DNA of 63,997 bases, filler included, from Collodictyon triciliatum (GCA_043381765.1; 10 parts of 10 records of this genome joined end to end with filler, not necessarily neighbours in it); one strand, 5' to 3'. Shown: positions 36,924 through 51,063, counted from the first letter of the whole stretch. Numbers and translations: made by a program. The notes: a model not told the origin generated them from the sequence alone.

Positions 36924-38014
36924 GGCTTAAAGCAAAAGACGTCATCAAACGAGCCTGTTCTTTGTGGGCTTCGTGCTCTACATACTTCTCTCCATGGGGT
37001 CCCAGACTTTCATCTCGTTTTTAATTTAAACCGTGATATCTTCAGCGTGATTCCAAAGGTGCGGTGGGCAAGAGAAAAATGAATAAAACGCAACAAACTG
37101 CTCCGACATGCCCATTTTGCTTTGGTATCGTACTTGTTGTCCCGTCAGCAAGTGGCGTCATGCCGCATGAACACGGCACATGAGCCTCTTTAGGAAAGTG
37201 GGCATTCCAAACTTTGGGCCAGATAAGGCAGGAATTGCATCAGAAATATTGCGGAATAAAATGATGATTGCAAATAAGGAAAAATAATATTCCCCTTGTT
37301 TTGGAAATTGCATAACACAACTCATATTACCATATCAGACTGTGGACAAGAGGCAATTATAGCACCGCAATGACATTTTTTGAGCTACATTTGTATCCTA
37401 ATGTGTACTTCAGCTTTATTTTATTATGTAATATCCACAAATAGAAGGAGTACTTTGACATAAATGGGAAATCCGTTCAGCTCCAATTTCTGCAGGATTT
37501 CTGAGAAAGATTAATGGCCGGCTTCGTGCTGGATCCGATCAATCAGCTTTGCTCGCTCTCGTCCTGATTTCCTTCACGCGGCGGCCACTGCGGGCCCAGA
37601 GCGATCGGCTCGGTGCCTCGGGCAATGCAAGGAAAGAGGCAAAGTGCCTTGTGTTGTGCGTTGTCCCTAAAAAGCTGCCATATTAGCGTCTCCCGCTTTG
37701 CCAACAAAGCCGCATGATCATTTCGTTTCTTATATTTTATTCTTAGTTCTAATTTTTTTATTCCTTTTTTTTTTTTTTAGACACCACACGGTTTTTCTTT
37801 TTGCTGGCGCTTGTTACTCTTGACCGTGCTCATGTTCACTAGAAAGACAGAGCATTTTGAACCGCAATCTCCTCGTTGTGTCTAGCATTAATATGTAGTA
37901 ATTTTTATGTTTAATTTATTATGGCTCAGTATTTTACTCGCTTTTAGATCGGTCTTGAGTCGCTTTTCCAGTCTGAGCGGCTCGGAAGATTGCCTCACGC
38001 AATAGCGGCGGGCC

Positions 38015-38975
38015 ATGAACGAGTTTCCTTCTGACGAGCAGACGCGCGACAAGTACGAAGCGCTAAAAGCTCTCGGAAAAGGTGCCTTCGGGATAGTCTC
38101 CCTTGCGCGAAACAAAGTAAGTGTGATGTAGAGTTTATTTTTTTCAGATAGTTGAAGCGTTTTGGCAATAGGAACGATTATTCGTTCCATAAAACTTGCA
38201 TACCTCGCTCCTCTTTTTATACACGTTCATTATCGAATTTCATCGTATACGTTCTGGTGGATGAGTTAACCAAACTACGCAGGAGACAAAGTCACTTTGC
38301 GTGGTTAAGCGAATTCATTTAGAGGATGACTCACCAGAGGAAATCGGGGCGATACACGCCGAGGTTTGTCGTGGTTGTTTGAGTGTGCCATTAATTGATA
38401 TCGGAGTGAAGAAAAGAAAAATGTCTTATTTTCTTATATAGGTGAAGCTGCTCTCAACCCTCAAGCACCCGAATATTGTGGGCTACCAGGAGGTCTATGC
38501 CGACCCCACCGACCGTAACTGTGTCTGCATTGTGATGGATTTCTGTGATGGTGGTGATCTGGATAAGCGAATCAAACATGCTGTTGAGTTTAGCTACCGA
38601 TTCCAGGAGAATGTTTGGGTTTATTCTATCGCCCCTTCTATGTTATTTCCGTGGGTCTTCAGCGATGACGCTCAGTCCTATGTACTCACGGCATCTATTC
38701 TTTTTTCAGCAAATAATGAGTTGGTTCACACAACTTGTTATGGCCCTCGAATATCTGCACAAGCGCACGATAATTCAGTTTGCTTTGATGGGATTATTTG
38801 AGAACAAGCATTTTTGCGTATCTACTTATGTCTTTGTCTTTTAATAAATCCATATTTAACATAATCTTAATTTTGATAATAATAATAATAATAATAATAA
38901 TTAAAAATAAAATAAACAGTCGTGACTTAAAAGGGCAGAATGTATTCCTCATGAAAAATGGGATGGTCAAGCTTG
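38015..38975 (+). CDS. NEK/NimA-like Ser/Thr protein kinase, N-terminal part (3' truncated)
   Basis: Five exons: LGKGAFGIV / CVVKRI...AE / VKLLSTLKHPNIVGY...IVMDFCDGGDL / QIMSWFTQLVMALEYLH...IIH / RDLKGQNVFLMKNGMVKLG. Confidence 0.92.
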
Positions 38976-40053
38976 GTAAAAGACTCTTTTGTAACCATTC
39001 ACACTCCTTTTTTCTTTTCTTTTCTTTTCTTTTCTTTTCTATTCTATTCTTTTCTATTCTTTTCTATTCTTTTCTATTCTATTCTTTTCTATTCTATTCT
39101 TTTCTATTCTTTTCTATTCTTTTCTATTCTTTTCTATTCTTTTCTATTCTTTTCTATTCTTTTCTATTCTTTTCTATTCTTTTCTATTCTATTCTTTTCT
39201 ATTCTTTTCTATTCTTTTCTATTCTTTTCTATTCTTTTCTATTCTTNNNNNNNNNNNNNNNNNNNNNNNNNNNNNNNNNNNNNNNNNNNNTTAATTAATT
39301 AANNNNNNNNNNNNNNNNNNNNNNNNNNNNNNNNNNNNNNNNNNNNTCTTTTTTCTTTTTTCTTTTTTCTTTTTTCTTTTTTCTTTTTTCTTTTTTCTTT
39401 TTTCTTTTTCTTACAAATCCTTTTGTCGAAACAATATCCCAAAACAACAGACAAACAGAGAGAAAGAAAAAAAACGGTAAGCTTTACGCCAGGTATTAGA
39501 CTTCTGCAGAGGCAAAAGTACCCCTAGTGTTTTGTCTCACCATCTCACCAACTGACACGTCCAATCCCACAGTGGCCCGACCCCGATCATCCCCCAAACG
39601 AACAACACAAACTCTTTCTTTTTGGTCTGGCTTTCTCTGTGCGCGAAACCAAATGTTAACCATTAGATCAAAAGCAACATTTGGCGAACGCGCTCGAACA
39701 GATTTCATGATTCAGCATTTGTGCCACACAGCCCTTTTCCAATTCAGTATATTCCGCAAATGTATATCTATTTTAGAAAATACCTACTTTTCTTGAAAAA
39801 TTGTATCTGTTATCCATATTTGGATATTGCCTCACATCGCGTCGCTCTGCATTCAACATCTTTTTATTCGCCCCTACTCCAAACGCCAAAACACAAGATG
39901 AAGGCTGTTTGTGAAGAAAATACAAATTGAGTCCCCCAAACGTTTGCGAAAGCTGAATCATTCGAATCCCAATTCTGAAGTCATGCGACTATCTGACTTG
40001 GAAAACCAGACGAAACCATAAAACACAACAGAACGAAGGTGCTAATAATAGGA

Positions 40054-41778
40054 ATGCTCACCACACTTCTTCGTTCTGTTTACCGACCGCTCAACGCCCT
40101 CCGTTCTTCCCGCGCCGCACTCTGTAGCCCTTCGCAACCCAAAGAGTACCGACCTATGGAACTTCAAAAAGTCCTGAAGGCTTTGCAAGTACTGCAATCA
40201 ATTTTATATTGGCCTTTTCTGTTTCATTTCTGTTTCATTTCTACTTTCTCTTCATTTTTTTATTCATTTTTTATTCATTTTTTATTCATTCATTACTCTT
40301 TTTAATTCATTTTTATTCATTTTTTATTCATTTTTTATTCATTTTTTATTCATTTTTTATTCATTTTTTATTCATTTTTTATTCATTTTTTATTCATTTT
40401 TTATTCATGTTTAATTCATGTTTTATTCATTTTTTATTCATTTTTTATTCATTTTTTATTCATGTTTAATTATTTTTGACAACAAACTTGCGCATTCTCT
40501 CCCCATATATATTACGACTTGGTCTGTCGTACTTTCTCACGTTTACAATTCTTTTTTCTTTCCTAACCAACTCATCAAGGACATTGCACCCACCCAACTG
40601 GCTGAGGAATGGGACAACGTTGGTCTCTTGATTGACGCCCACGAACCCCGACTTGTCTCAAAGATCTTTCTGACCATAGATCTGACGGAGAGGGTCATGG
40701 ATGAAGCCCTTGCGGAAAACGTATTACCCCAAAGAGAATTCCGAAAATATTAGCACGTATTTATTTGTTTTATTCTAAGACTGGCGCTTATATACCTCCT
40801 AAATATATGTATATTTTCAAGGCTGACTTTGTGATAGCCTATCACCCACTCTTGTTTCGCCCTATCAAAAAAATCTCTGCTCGTGACCCCACTGGCCGCA
40901 CTCTTCTGCGCCTCATGTCTAGCAAGATTCCTTTGTACTCTCCGCATACTGCTGCAGACGCCATTTCAAACGGAATCAATGATTGGATCTCTAATGTTCT
41001 TACGGAAGATTCTGTTTCTGTATCTCGAAAGGCCATTGTAGACAAGTAAAAATCCGTTACATGAATGATAGACAGCTTTTTCATTTCCAAGCATCTATAG
41101 TACCATCACTTTATTTTTTTTGACCTACCTAAGTCATCACAATCCAATCGATCAGTCGCGAAAAACATCCCCTTGCTACTTCCTTGCCAATTACTTCGGT
41201 GGTTGGAATGGGTCGAATCACCACGCTAGAGAAGCCCGTCCCATTGAGTGAAATGATTCGTCGCGTTAAGAAATTGACTGGTTTGTCCAACCTCCGCTTG
41301 GCTGCCGGATCTGGTGGCATTGAAAAGTCTATCACCACCTTTGCTGTCTGTGCTGGCGCTGGTGGAAGTCTTCTCCCGAAATGCCGCGACAATATAGACG
41401 TCTACATCACCGGAGAGATGTCTCACCACGACGTATTTTTCCTTTTTTTTTTCTTTTTCATTTATGAAACATTTAACAGTAACACGTCCAACCCATCTTT
41501 CGTATTTTCTGGTTTAATTTTTTTTTTGTTTTTTTTCCTTTATTCGTTTCAAAAAAAATTATTTTTATTAGTACTCGATATGTCTTTTAATGCATCATAC
41601 ACCGCATACGCAGGTTCTCGCAGCCAATGCCAAAGGAACCGCTGTAATTTTGACGGAGCACACGAATACCGAGCGCGGCTGGCTGCCAATATATCAGAAG
41701 ATGATTAGAGAAGCACTTCAGGAGACCGTTGATGTTGTCGTATCTCGCGTAGATGCAGACCCCTTGGTCGTTGTCTAA
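40054..41778 (+). CDS. NIF3: NIF3-like protein (GTP cyclohydrolase 1 type 2/YbgI family)
   Basis: Motifs APTQLAEEWDNVGLL, LTIDLTERV, IAYHPLLF, YSPHTAAD...GINDW, GMGRI, AVCAGAGGS, YITGEMSHHD and EHTNTERG. Confidence 0.95.
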
Positions 41779-42816
41779 CTACTCTTCTTTTTTTTTTTTT
41801 TTGCCGTCTTTAGCTGCATTTAATTTGACCTGCTCTCAATAGAAATCTCATTTATAACTCAAGGGAACTGCGCAGCACTTCGATGTCCGATTAAATAAAG
41901 AGAAAAATAATGTTGCAGATTATTTTTATTCCATATCATCCAAAAAAAAAAAAAAGAAGCAATTTGCCGCTCGACACTTCCAATTTATGTGTTGTGTAAG
42001 TGGCCCCCTCTTCTCGCAGATGGCGATAAAGCGATCTGATTCTGATGCTGTGGAGCACTTGTTCTCTCACTCAGAACTGGTCTTCAACTAATATAGAATT
42101 TTCCAGCTTCGCAGCGATTGAAGAGTGGCGATGGGACGAGATTGGCAGAAACGGGCGCCGGGTGGAACAAGGCATAAGAAAAAACGGCATGTCTAAACTG
42201 TGTTGAATCCGGCTAGCGCGTCCGTGAGACGATTTTGCACATAGTTGCGATGCGTTTAATGCACCTTGAACCTTTTATAATAGGGTAGTGAATTTCGCGT
42301 CCTCGCAGTTTCACTGTGCTCCATCTATCCTTTTGCTGGTGTGTATCTTCCATAAAATCAATTGAAAATATATTCCACAAGTGTACGTAACGGCTTTTCT
42401 TTTGCGAATGTAGATGCGGATCGATTTCGTAACCATCCCTTTAAATATTCTTTGCACTTGTAGTTTGTGTTCGATCCAACCATGTTCACTTATTTTTTTT
42501 TCCCACTGACTATTAGACCAAAACAATTCTATTTGGTTACGATATATGAATTATTTGTATTATTTTTTTAATACGCGATCATTCATATTCATTCATATTT
42601 TTCTCATCTTTTATGCATATTTAATCCCTTCTACTTTATTGTCCTTCTATTATCTAAATTTGTTTTATTCTTTTAGTCATATTTTATTTTTATAACTCTT
42701 TGTGTAAATTCTTTTCATATATCATTTCCCTCAAACCCTTATAACCTACCCTAACAAATATATTATATATGCATTCCATATGGATTTGCTATTGTCCTTG
42801 ATGCCGCCATTCTCAG

Positions 42817-44744
42817 ATGAACTCGAGCTTTGGGATGTCAGCACGGCCGCAGTCCGCCCCGAGCCAGCGCCGCCCCGCAAACTCGTCACCGCCTCCTGTG
42901 CGTCCGTCAACTGCGTCTCGCAGCCGTCTTGACCAATCGTAAATAATTTTCAAATATGCGTCGGCTACATCCTATCTGTCTCCCCTTCTACATAGCTACA
43001 TCATATCGTGTATGCGTTTCCAGTCCATTCCATTTCAAGTAAAAAAAGATAAGATAAGAAAGAAGGAAGGAGGATATTGAGATGTATGCAGGATGAATCC
43101 TTTAGGCTCACGCGACTTAAGCATGCGTCCGAGTTGCTCACCAGCCATACGGGCCAGAAATCCAGCCATTCGAACCCCACGGGTCATCTGCTACCGAAAC
43201 GGTCAGTCCATTAACGGGAATGGTTTGCCATACAGCTTGGCAACCAATATGCAACTGATTGTCGCCGAGATGGGCACAATCCTCTCCTTGCCGTTTTCTG
43301 CAAAAGCTGTCTATGATGACAAAGGAAACAAGATTACGGAACTCGGCCAATTTTATGACAAGATGGACGTGGTGGTTACCATGGGCGAGCGCTTTAAATA
43401 TCGACTGTATCTTACCCCAGGTTATTTGTTTGTACTGAAGACTACAACATTAATATGATGATAAAGAACATAAGTGCATATGAATGATTGGAGTCCAAAC
43501 TGAGGTTTTGTTGGAGTCATTCGAACATATGTTGTTTGTGCGTGTTTGTCCGAGCTAAGCAATTGAGCCATGTTTATTTTTGAATCGTTTCAGATGAATT
43601 TCAATCCATGCCAAGGACATGTAAGTACTGCAATGAGTCGTATACTATATCAGAGAATCTTGTTCCAAACTGTCTGAGGCATCCGTTGTCGTATACCCAC
43701 CGCCGCTGGATGTGTTGCCGCGCAGACAGTCGATATGCCATTGGATGTGACAGAGGCTTTCATTCTGATCCAACGGTATACATACACAATGGGGTGCACA
43801 AATAAAACAGATAGAAGTAATTTATGCATTATCTTTTTCCCCTTGTATCTACAGGTAGAAGATGATGTGAATGTTATTCCTGCAAAGCGCTTCATCTATG
43901 CAGTTTTGAATGGAATTCGTGTTGAATCAGCCCCAACCATAAAGGTGGACATACCAAGCAAAATGGAGATCGTAAGTGATGAAATGTGTCATATGAGATA
44001 TCCCATCAGAAATATTTTTTCCCTTTGTTCGATTCCAAGAATCAGATTGGTAGGTTAAATACAACTTTTTGCCATTAGCTTCTTGAAACGTGCTCTCGTA
44101 GGTTAAAGTTAGTGCGGTACGCAACCCAACTCTTCACGGTAAAAGGAGACTTAATTGAGAATATTCATCAAGTACAACATGAGATGACCTTAATTGTGTC
44201 AACCGGTGACCGCTTTCAATGGTCCACATACCTTCCACAAGGTCCGTTTCATCTGCATTTCTTCCAATCAGTAGTTCCTTCTCTTGACAATCATATATGA
44301 ATTTTGGAGAGGATGAAAATCAGAATATTGACTCGATTGACCCAAAAAAAAAACATATAGAGGAACTACAAAACATGCCTCGCTGTTGCCATCGATGCAA
44401 ATCAAGTTACACATCCGCCAAAAATGAACCAAACTCCTGTAGATATCACCCACTGTCATTCAGTCAGCCGCTTGGGGTGGGCTATTTTGCTGAACAACTC
44501 CTCGGACAATTTTGTTTTTCAAAAACTCTGAAATCGCGAGTCACTTAAAACATGCCTCGTCATCCTCTTTTTCTTTTCTTCTTTCTCCATTTAGATACTC
44601 ACGAAACTAAAATAACAGTGTTGGTTATGTTGCAAGTCCCAGGAAAGAGATGGAACGGCATCTGGTTGCAAAATCGGAGGCCACTTCGACATTCGATTCG
44701 TCAAACAAAAAACAGGTAGAGAATCCCCACCAAAGAAAAAGTAA
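42817..44744 (+). CDS. Protein with two tandem [doublecortin (DCX) domain + Btk-like Cys/His zinc motif] modules
   Basis: Seven in-frame GT-AG exons. DCX-like segments: RVICYRNG...KAVYDDKGNKITEL...VVVTMGERFK and QLFTVKGDLIENIHQV...LIVSTGDRFQ. The Zn motif CxxC..N..C..HP..WxCC..GC..H occurs twice. Confidence 0.8.
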
Positions 44745-45582
44745 TTTCCAAACAAGACAGACACAAACACACTTCAGTTCGGGCGGTTATGGTTCTGTCA
44801 TTGCCTGCATCGCTCCACAATCCCGCCCTCATCCTACTCCGTTTCTGCCCTTGTGTGGCTGCAGAACAGGTTGGCAGCCTATGTCGACACTCATCACACT
44901 ATTGTGATTGTGGGTCATAAAGAAGCCAACTTATAAACCAAGAAATGCGCTGTATCTTGGTGCGTCTTTTGGTTGTACGACTTCCAGAAGCACGTGCATC
45001 CTGTTTGATTTGTTAGTATGTTTGTTTTGAAGAACTATAATTAATAAGATTCTATATTTATGATACAATAAACACATCAGTGACCAAGAATTAGCCAGAA
45101 TATACAGATTACTATATTTTCCGCAAACGAGGAGCGACAGAATCCGAAGCAAACCGCTCCAGAACGCGTTTCACAAGCGTTTTTCCAGATGCGTCGCACA
45201 TATAGTCTGCCAATCACACTTCGGCCGTTCTCTTTTGTTGCGCAGATTGAGTGAAATCCGTTTTGTTGAATAAGTCTGCAGCAGCAGTATTTGTATAATC
45301 ATTTGCAAAGCGCGTGGGTCTGCCAAACACTACGCGGGATTCGACCCAGAGCGTTTGTAGCATGATGGCTCTGCTTGGAGTTCTCTTTTCTCTTTTTTCT
45401 CTTTTCTCTTTTCTCTTTTTTCTTTTTCTTTTTTCTTTTTTCTTTTTTCTTTTTTCTTTTTTCTTTTCTCTTTTCTCTTTTTATTTCAAGCTGTCAGGAG
45501 GGCCGGGAGTTGTTTTGTCATAGCAGACTGCTCGTGGGTTTGGTTTGCTCGCACAGTCCATTTTCTCTCGCCCTGGAAGTTT

Positions 45583-45678
<96 letters not shown>

Positions 45679-45893
45679 TCCTTTTTTCTTTCTTCTCTGT
45701 CTCTATCTTCTCTTTCGACTCTGTTGCCTGTGTGTTCATTTGTCAGGTTACTGGCTACTTCTCTGTTGCTACACTAGCAACTAGCCTGTATGTNNNNNNN
45801 NNNNNNNNNNNNNNNNNNNNNNNNNNNNNNNNNNNNNTTAATTAATTAANNNNNNNNNNNNNNNNNNNNNNNNNNNNNNNNNNNNNNNNNNNN

Positions 45894-46530
45894 GAAATCA
45901 ATGTATCCAGGCTTGAGAGCCTCGTGCAATACAGCTTCCTGAACAGTCTGCTGAAACACGCTCGCATTCTTCGCTACTCTGACCGCAAGCGATGAGAGAT
46001 GAGGGAATGTGTCGTAAGATATCTCCCACAGCATATCCAACCCCTGCTACCCACACAGCCAATCAATCATTTGGGTCGCCCACCTGACCAGCTCGCTATC
46101 ACTGACTTCTTTCCAGTCCTACCCTCTCCACGGTAGTGCCTTACTACTTTCACTTCTTACCATGCAAACTTTACCTGCACTATTGCCTTGCCTGCGGGAA
46201 TAACAGCATGTTTAAATAATTTGGTGTAATATCCACAATTGGTTTATTCTGCGACCTTCGCAATTAAACCCGCTTCCTGTCTTGTCCTGTGCTCAGTCGA
46301 AGTTCAGGAAAGAATAGTGTGGACGCGCGATCTGCTAATGTTGGGGATTCAGAATGAGCTTAACAAACAAAACATACAAAACAAACAAAATAAAATAAAA
46401 TAAATAAAAATTAATTAAAAGAAACAAAATAAATAAATAATAAAGGCAAACAAAACAAATAAGTAAAACCAAGTAAATAGACAAACAAACAAACAAAAAA
46501 AAAAAAGGAAACATAATATTAAAAAAAAAA
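45894..46530 (+). mobile_element. 3' end of the non-LTR element (copy C) with a different 3' UTR and a long A-rich tail
   Basis: EINVSRLESLVQYSFLNSLLKHARILRYSDRKR*EMRECVVRYLPQHIQPLLPTQPINHLGRPPDQLAITDFFPVLPSPR* (internal TGA 45993-45995; TAG 46134-46136). An A-rich tract at 46362-46530 may be the tail. Confidence 0.7.
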
Positions 46531-46617
46531 GTAAATGGAAACTCGAAAAAAAATGACTTAGCTCATCCAGCAGCTTGTCTTCAAAGCAGTTGCCGCCTTC
46601 AAGCCTAAGGGAACGCC

Positions 46618-49600
46618 ATGGACCGAGCGCGACTGGGCTCAGGCTACATCATGTGCTGCATCATCATGTGTCTTTTGCAAATGACTGCGGTTCTTACACG
46701 TGGCAAACACACCGATCGACTTAAGATCCCTGTCTCGGTTTTGGCAAACTCGTCGTATTGCCCCCTTGTGAGTCTTGCGTTTGTTTCTCTATTGTTCCTT
46801 TCTTGTGTGCCATCATCCCATCTCGCTTTTAGTTGTTTCTTAAAGGAGTGGACCATTCCTATACTTGCTTTGATTATGTATATACCATTTTTCTTCTTGT
46901 TATTACTACACCTTTATTGTTACTCATATTGTTGCTCTACTTATTGTTCTGCTTATTCTTATTATTGCATCTTATTGATTTTACAGTCGTATGTGTCATA
47001 CAAGGACTTTTTCCCCGTATTTTTTGTATGTTGTTTTATATTTGTTTTGTCTGTTTTATATGCACCTTCAAACTTTAACTTTAAATTTCTGTCCCTTGCC
47101 TCCAAATGATCATGAGATGGAAGTAAGTGGGCGTCACTTTTTTTCTAATGATAATAATGATTCTATTTAGATATTATTGCCGGGAGTTGGGGGCTCGGTT
47201 ATGGTAGCTGAAGATTTACAATCTGGTGTGTTTTTCATCAAAGAATATAAAATGCAGAGTATGAGCAGTGTGTATTAAAGGCTCCCAAAATTAGCCAAAG
47301 TCACATCTTTTCTCTTTCTTTTTTTTTTTAAAAAAAAATGTATTAGAGTGGGTGCTTCAAGAATTTATTTATATAGAAAATTGGTGTAGGCGATACAAGA
47401 ATAGTATGGGTCAGGGCCACCTTTGCTGATTCGACTATTCGTACGCATATTTGGTCAAAGTTTAATCCTGAGACGGGAAACGCAGAAGAAATAGAGAAGG
47501 GATGGCGTATCGATGTTGTGCATACAAATTACGGCTTGGACGGGATCGATAATCTCGCCCCAGGCTTTGTCATTGAATTTGAAAAGACCAATTACTTTCA
47601 TGAATGGATCGAGCTTTTTAAGATAATAGGGTATGTTTACGTTTACACCTCCTTTTCTTTATCACAATACAGGAAGAAACAAAAGAAAATTGGTGCTTTT
47701 AATTTCCTTTTTCTAAACCACCTTTTCTTACGCTGCTTCGGTTATCATTTACTATGATGCTTAGCTATAAGCCAGGTCTGAATATGTTTGGATTTCCGTG
47801 GGACTGGCGCCAATCATCACATAATAGTGATATTATCAAAAGACTCTATAATCTTATCAGTGACTACTTCATCGCATTATAAATATGGGAAAAAATAACT
47901 GCAATTTAAAATTTTGTAAATACTTGGGCTCTGATCTTAATCTATCTACTCTTTATTGTTGGTGCGCTATTTTTTTCCACTACTCGATTACTAATATGTT
48001 AATATGAATGTAAATTAGAGGAGGTGTCATCAAGAAACAAACGTAAGGTTTGTATAGTTTCGCACTCTATGGGTGGTCTAATTACTCGTTCGCTCCTAGC
48101 AAGTATGACTTTGTTGAAGGAGGGCCTGATGCTCCTATTTTCTTCTTGATTTCATCTCTTCAGTTATTATTACGTATTGATTTATTTCTGCGGTTTTTCA
48201 TTGTAGTTTTTTATTTTTGTAATTTTTGTTTCATAATTTTTGTGGGGTTTATGTTATATTATTAAGCCAAGGATTCTAAAGTCTTCTCTTATAGAACACG
48301 CAGATGAAATGGAAGATCATATAGATCGTTGGATTACAATAGGGACACCGTGGCAAGGGGCAGCTGGAAAATCTATGAACGGCTTTATCCAAGGTTTAAA
48401 CCTTATGAAAAATGGATATATGGCCTATACTACCCCAGACCAGAAACAACCAATTAGATAATCATGGCTCTACAATAGGAGAGAACTTTGACTACATTTT
48501 TTTAAGCAAAAAAACTACGCGCCAAATGTATACAAACTGTCCCTCTGCGTATGAACTGCTCCCATCGCCGTTCTTTGAATGGACAAAGTAAAATCTATAA
48601 AGAAAGAAAACAGTATGTTCACCTGTTGAGTTATAATTGAATGAGCTGGACTTTCTAATGTCATACACATATAGGGCTCCGAAATTTTCATTTAAGAAAG
48701 ATGGAGATTGGAAAATATACTCATCCTCATTCCATGATTCGCACCCATTCTATGTTCCAATAATGCACGAGGTAAGTGGAAGGAATTTTTCTTGCAAACA
48801 TTCATATGAATCTCTGAAAGAAAAAAAGGTATAAAGAGAGGGAATATTATGTTAAAGATCCATTTTTTCCCAAGGAAATGAAAGCCTGAACATTCATTTT
48901 CTTATGACAAATCGTCACTTATGTATACGTGAAAACCGCGGCCCGTTTTTTCTTTCTACATTTTAGGCGCTGAAGAACAACAAAGAGATCATCAATGAAA
49001 AAGCTCATTACTTTCGGTTTGAAGAGAGCATATTTAATTACACAAATAAAGGTATTTATTACACCTTATTGATAAAAGGGAAAAGTGTGATATTATTGGA
49101 ATCATAAATTTGTAATTTTATGCTGAAATTTTTCAAGCATTCTTTTTGGTATATTTGAATGTATACGTATTCACTTTCTCACTGGAGACATTTGATAGCT
49201 AGAAAATTGGAGACTCGGCTCCACGAAAACAAATCCAATATTTTATTCTTTAACATCTTTGCTAGTGGACTGGATACCTCATTTGATCTGACTTACGAGG
49301 CTGAGATCAAGTACAATTTTATTTTTCTCTTATCAATCTATCATTTTATTCTTTTCTTGTCAAGATATTAGCTTACAGCCTACCTTTCTTTACTTTTACG
49401 ATGTGAATAGAAATTATGAGGACTTATTGGACCAACCTCCAGTATACTCTTTCGTACCTGGAGACGGTTTTTTTATTTCCCTTTTTATTTCCCTTCTGTA
49501 TTTGTTTATTATATACATTAAATACCCAAATTGAATATCATATTATGTTTATTTTTATGTTCTTATTATTGTTGGACCAGGCACTGTACCGAAAGAAAGC

Positions 49601-50363
49601 GCCGATGGAGACAAAATGGATGCCATCGAGAGGATAGATATTGGAAGTATGGCTTAACATAAACTCGATTATAACAGTATTAGTGTCTTACAGCCTATTC
49701 AAACTCAGAAATAGAGCATGCTGTATTGCATCGTTCGCCCAAAGTTTTTCGACACGTCAAAAGGTGACCATGATTCATAAATAGATGAACGACCTGTACT
49801 AACCCAAAAAAAAAATCGAATACTCCAGACAATATAACATATAATTACATACTTTTAACTTAAATTTGAATATTCCAAGTTAACCAAGGAACGCCATGAA
49901 CAAATCACCCATTCTTATTGATCTACAAAATATAGGTTTCTGGGGTTATCTTGTCCATGGGAAGGAGCCTGGCGGACAAACGGTGGAGTACTTCATTTGA
50001 CGCAATCTGTGGTTGGTCATTATTATATCTGAAAAACATAAATTTTCGTCCTGCTCGATTTTGTATATCTTGCATTAGTTAAAAAAACTATCATTTAACA
50101 CCCTATGAAATTGAAATCATGCCACACGAATGTTCTCCTGTACCATCATGAACGAACTGTATACTTTTTAGGATGAAATCCATGGGTACTTCGAAGCAAC
50201 TGAAAAGACAAGGGCGATTCCCACTATTACTAGCTTGGTTGGAAATGTAGATAAAATGAATGCAGCTAAGGGTACTTTTAATATGGACCAAGTAAGCGAA
50301 ACCAGAATCACGCTCTTTTTTCTTTTTTCTTTTTTCCTTTTTTTTTCCTTATAGGTTCCATGA
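46618..50363 (+). CDS. LCAT/phospholipase A family alpha/beta hydrolase with an N-terminal signal or anchor
   Basis: Motifs ILLPGVGGS, YGLDGIDNLAP, MFGFPWDWRQS, IVSHSMGGLIT (nucleophile), ITIGTPWQGA, CPSAYELLP, PGDGTVP and IEH. All introns are GT-AG. Confidence 0.92.
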
Positions 50364-51063
50364 TTGAAAAATTCATCCAATGATTTGTTCCTTTATTTAT
50401 TACTTAAAGCAATCATTTGAATCGCATAAAGGAAAAATATCATTTCAATCCATTTATTAATGAAGACCCCCATTTAAAAATAAAATCTTTTAGACAGAAT
50501 ACAATTTCGAATTTGTTCAGTCAGTTGATTGCCGCAATTTCAAAGGAAAGCAATACCAAACGATACCCACTTCACAACATGATACCGACTTAAATGGTAA
50601 TCGAATAAATATATGTCTTCATTTTCATCCTACCCCCTTGTTTATGATGGGACAATTGTTTGTTTGTTTGTTTGTTTGTTTGTTTGTTTGTTTGTTTGTT
50701 TGTTTGTTTGTTTGTTTGTTTGTTTTTTCATTCGGCCCAATTCTTGTACGAATTCAAAGCTCCTCCTTATCCACTTTTTTTGGGATAAATTTTTCATAAA
50801 ATTAGTTTGCAAAATCATTCATTAGGTGATAGAATACGTGGACAGGAATGCGAACAACATGAATCAGATGAATGCTATTTTTTTGGAGGAAAGGTCATTT
50901 CTTTATCTATTTCTTTGCTAATTACTGAATTATATGGAAGTATCAGCACACCTTTTCTTTTCTCTCTATTCATCATGTTTCACTAGGTGCATTGGCATGC
51001 TTTTAAAAGATTTTTTTTATGAATATAACAATGGGTCTGCATTTGTTGTGATGCTGTTACCAG

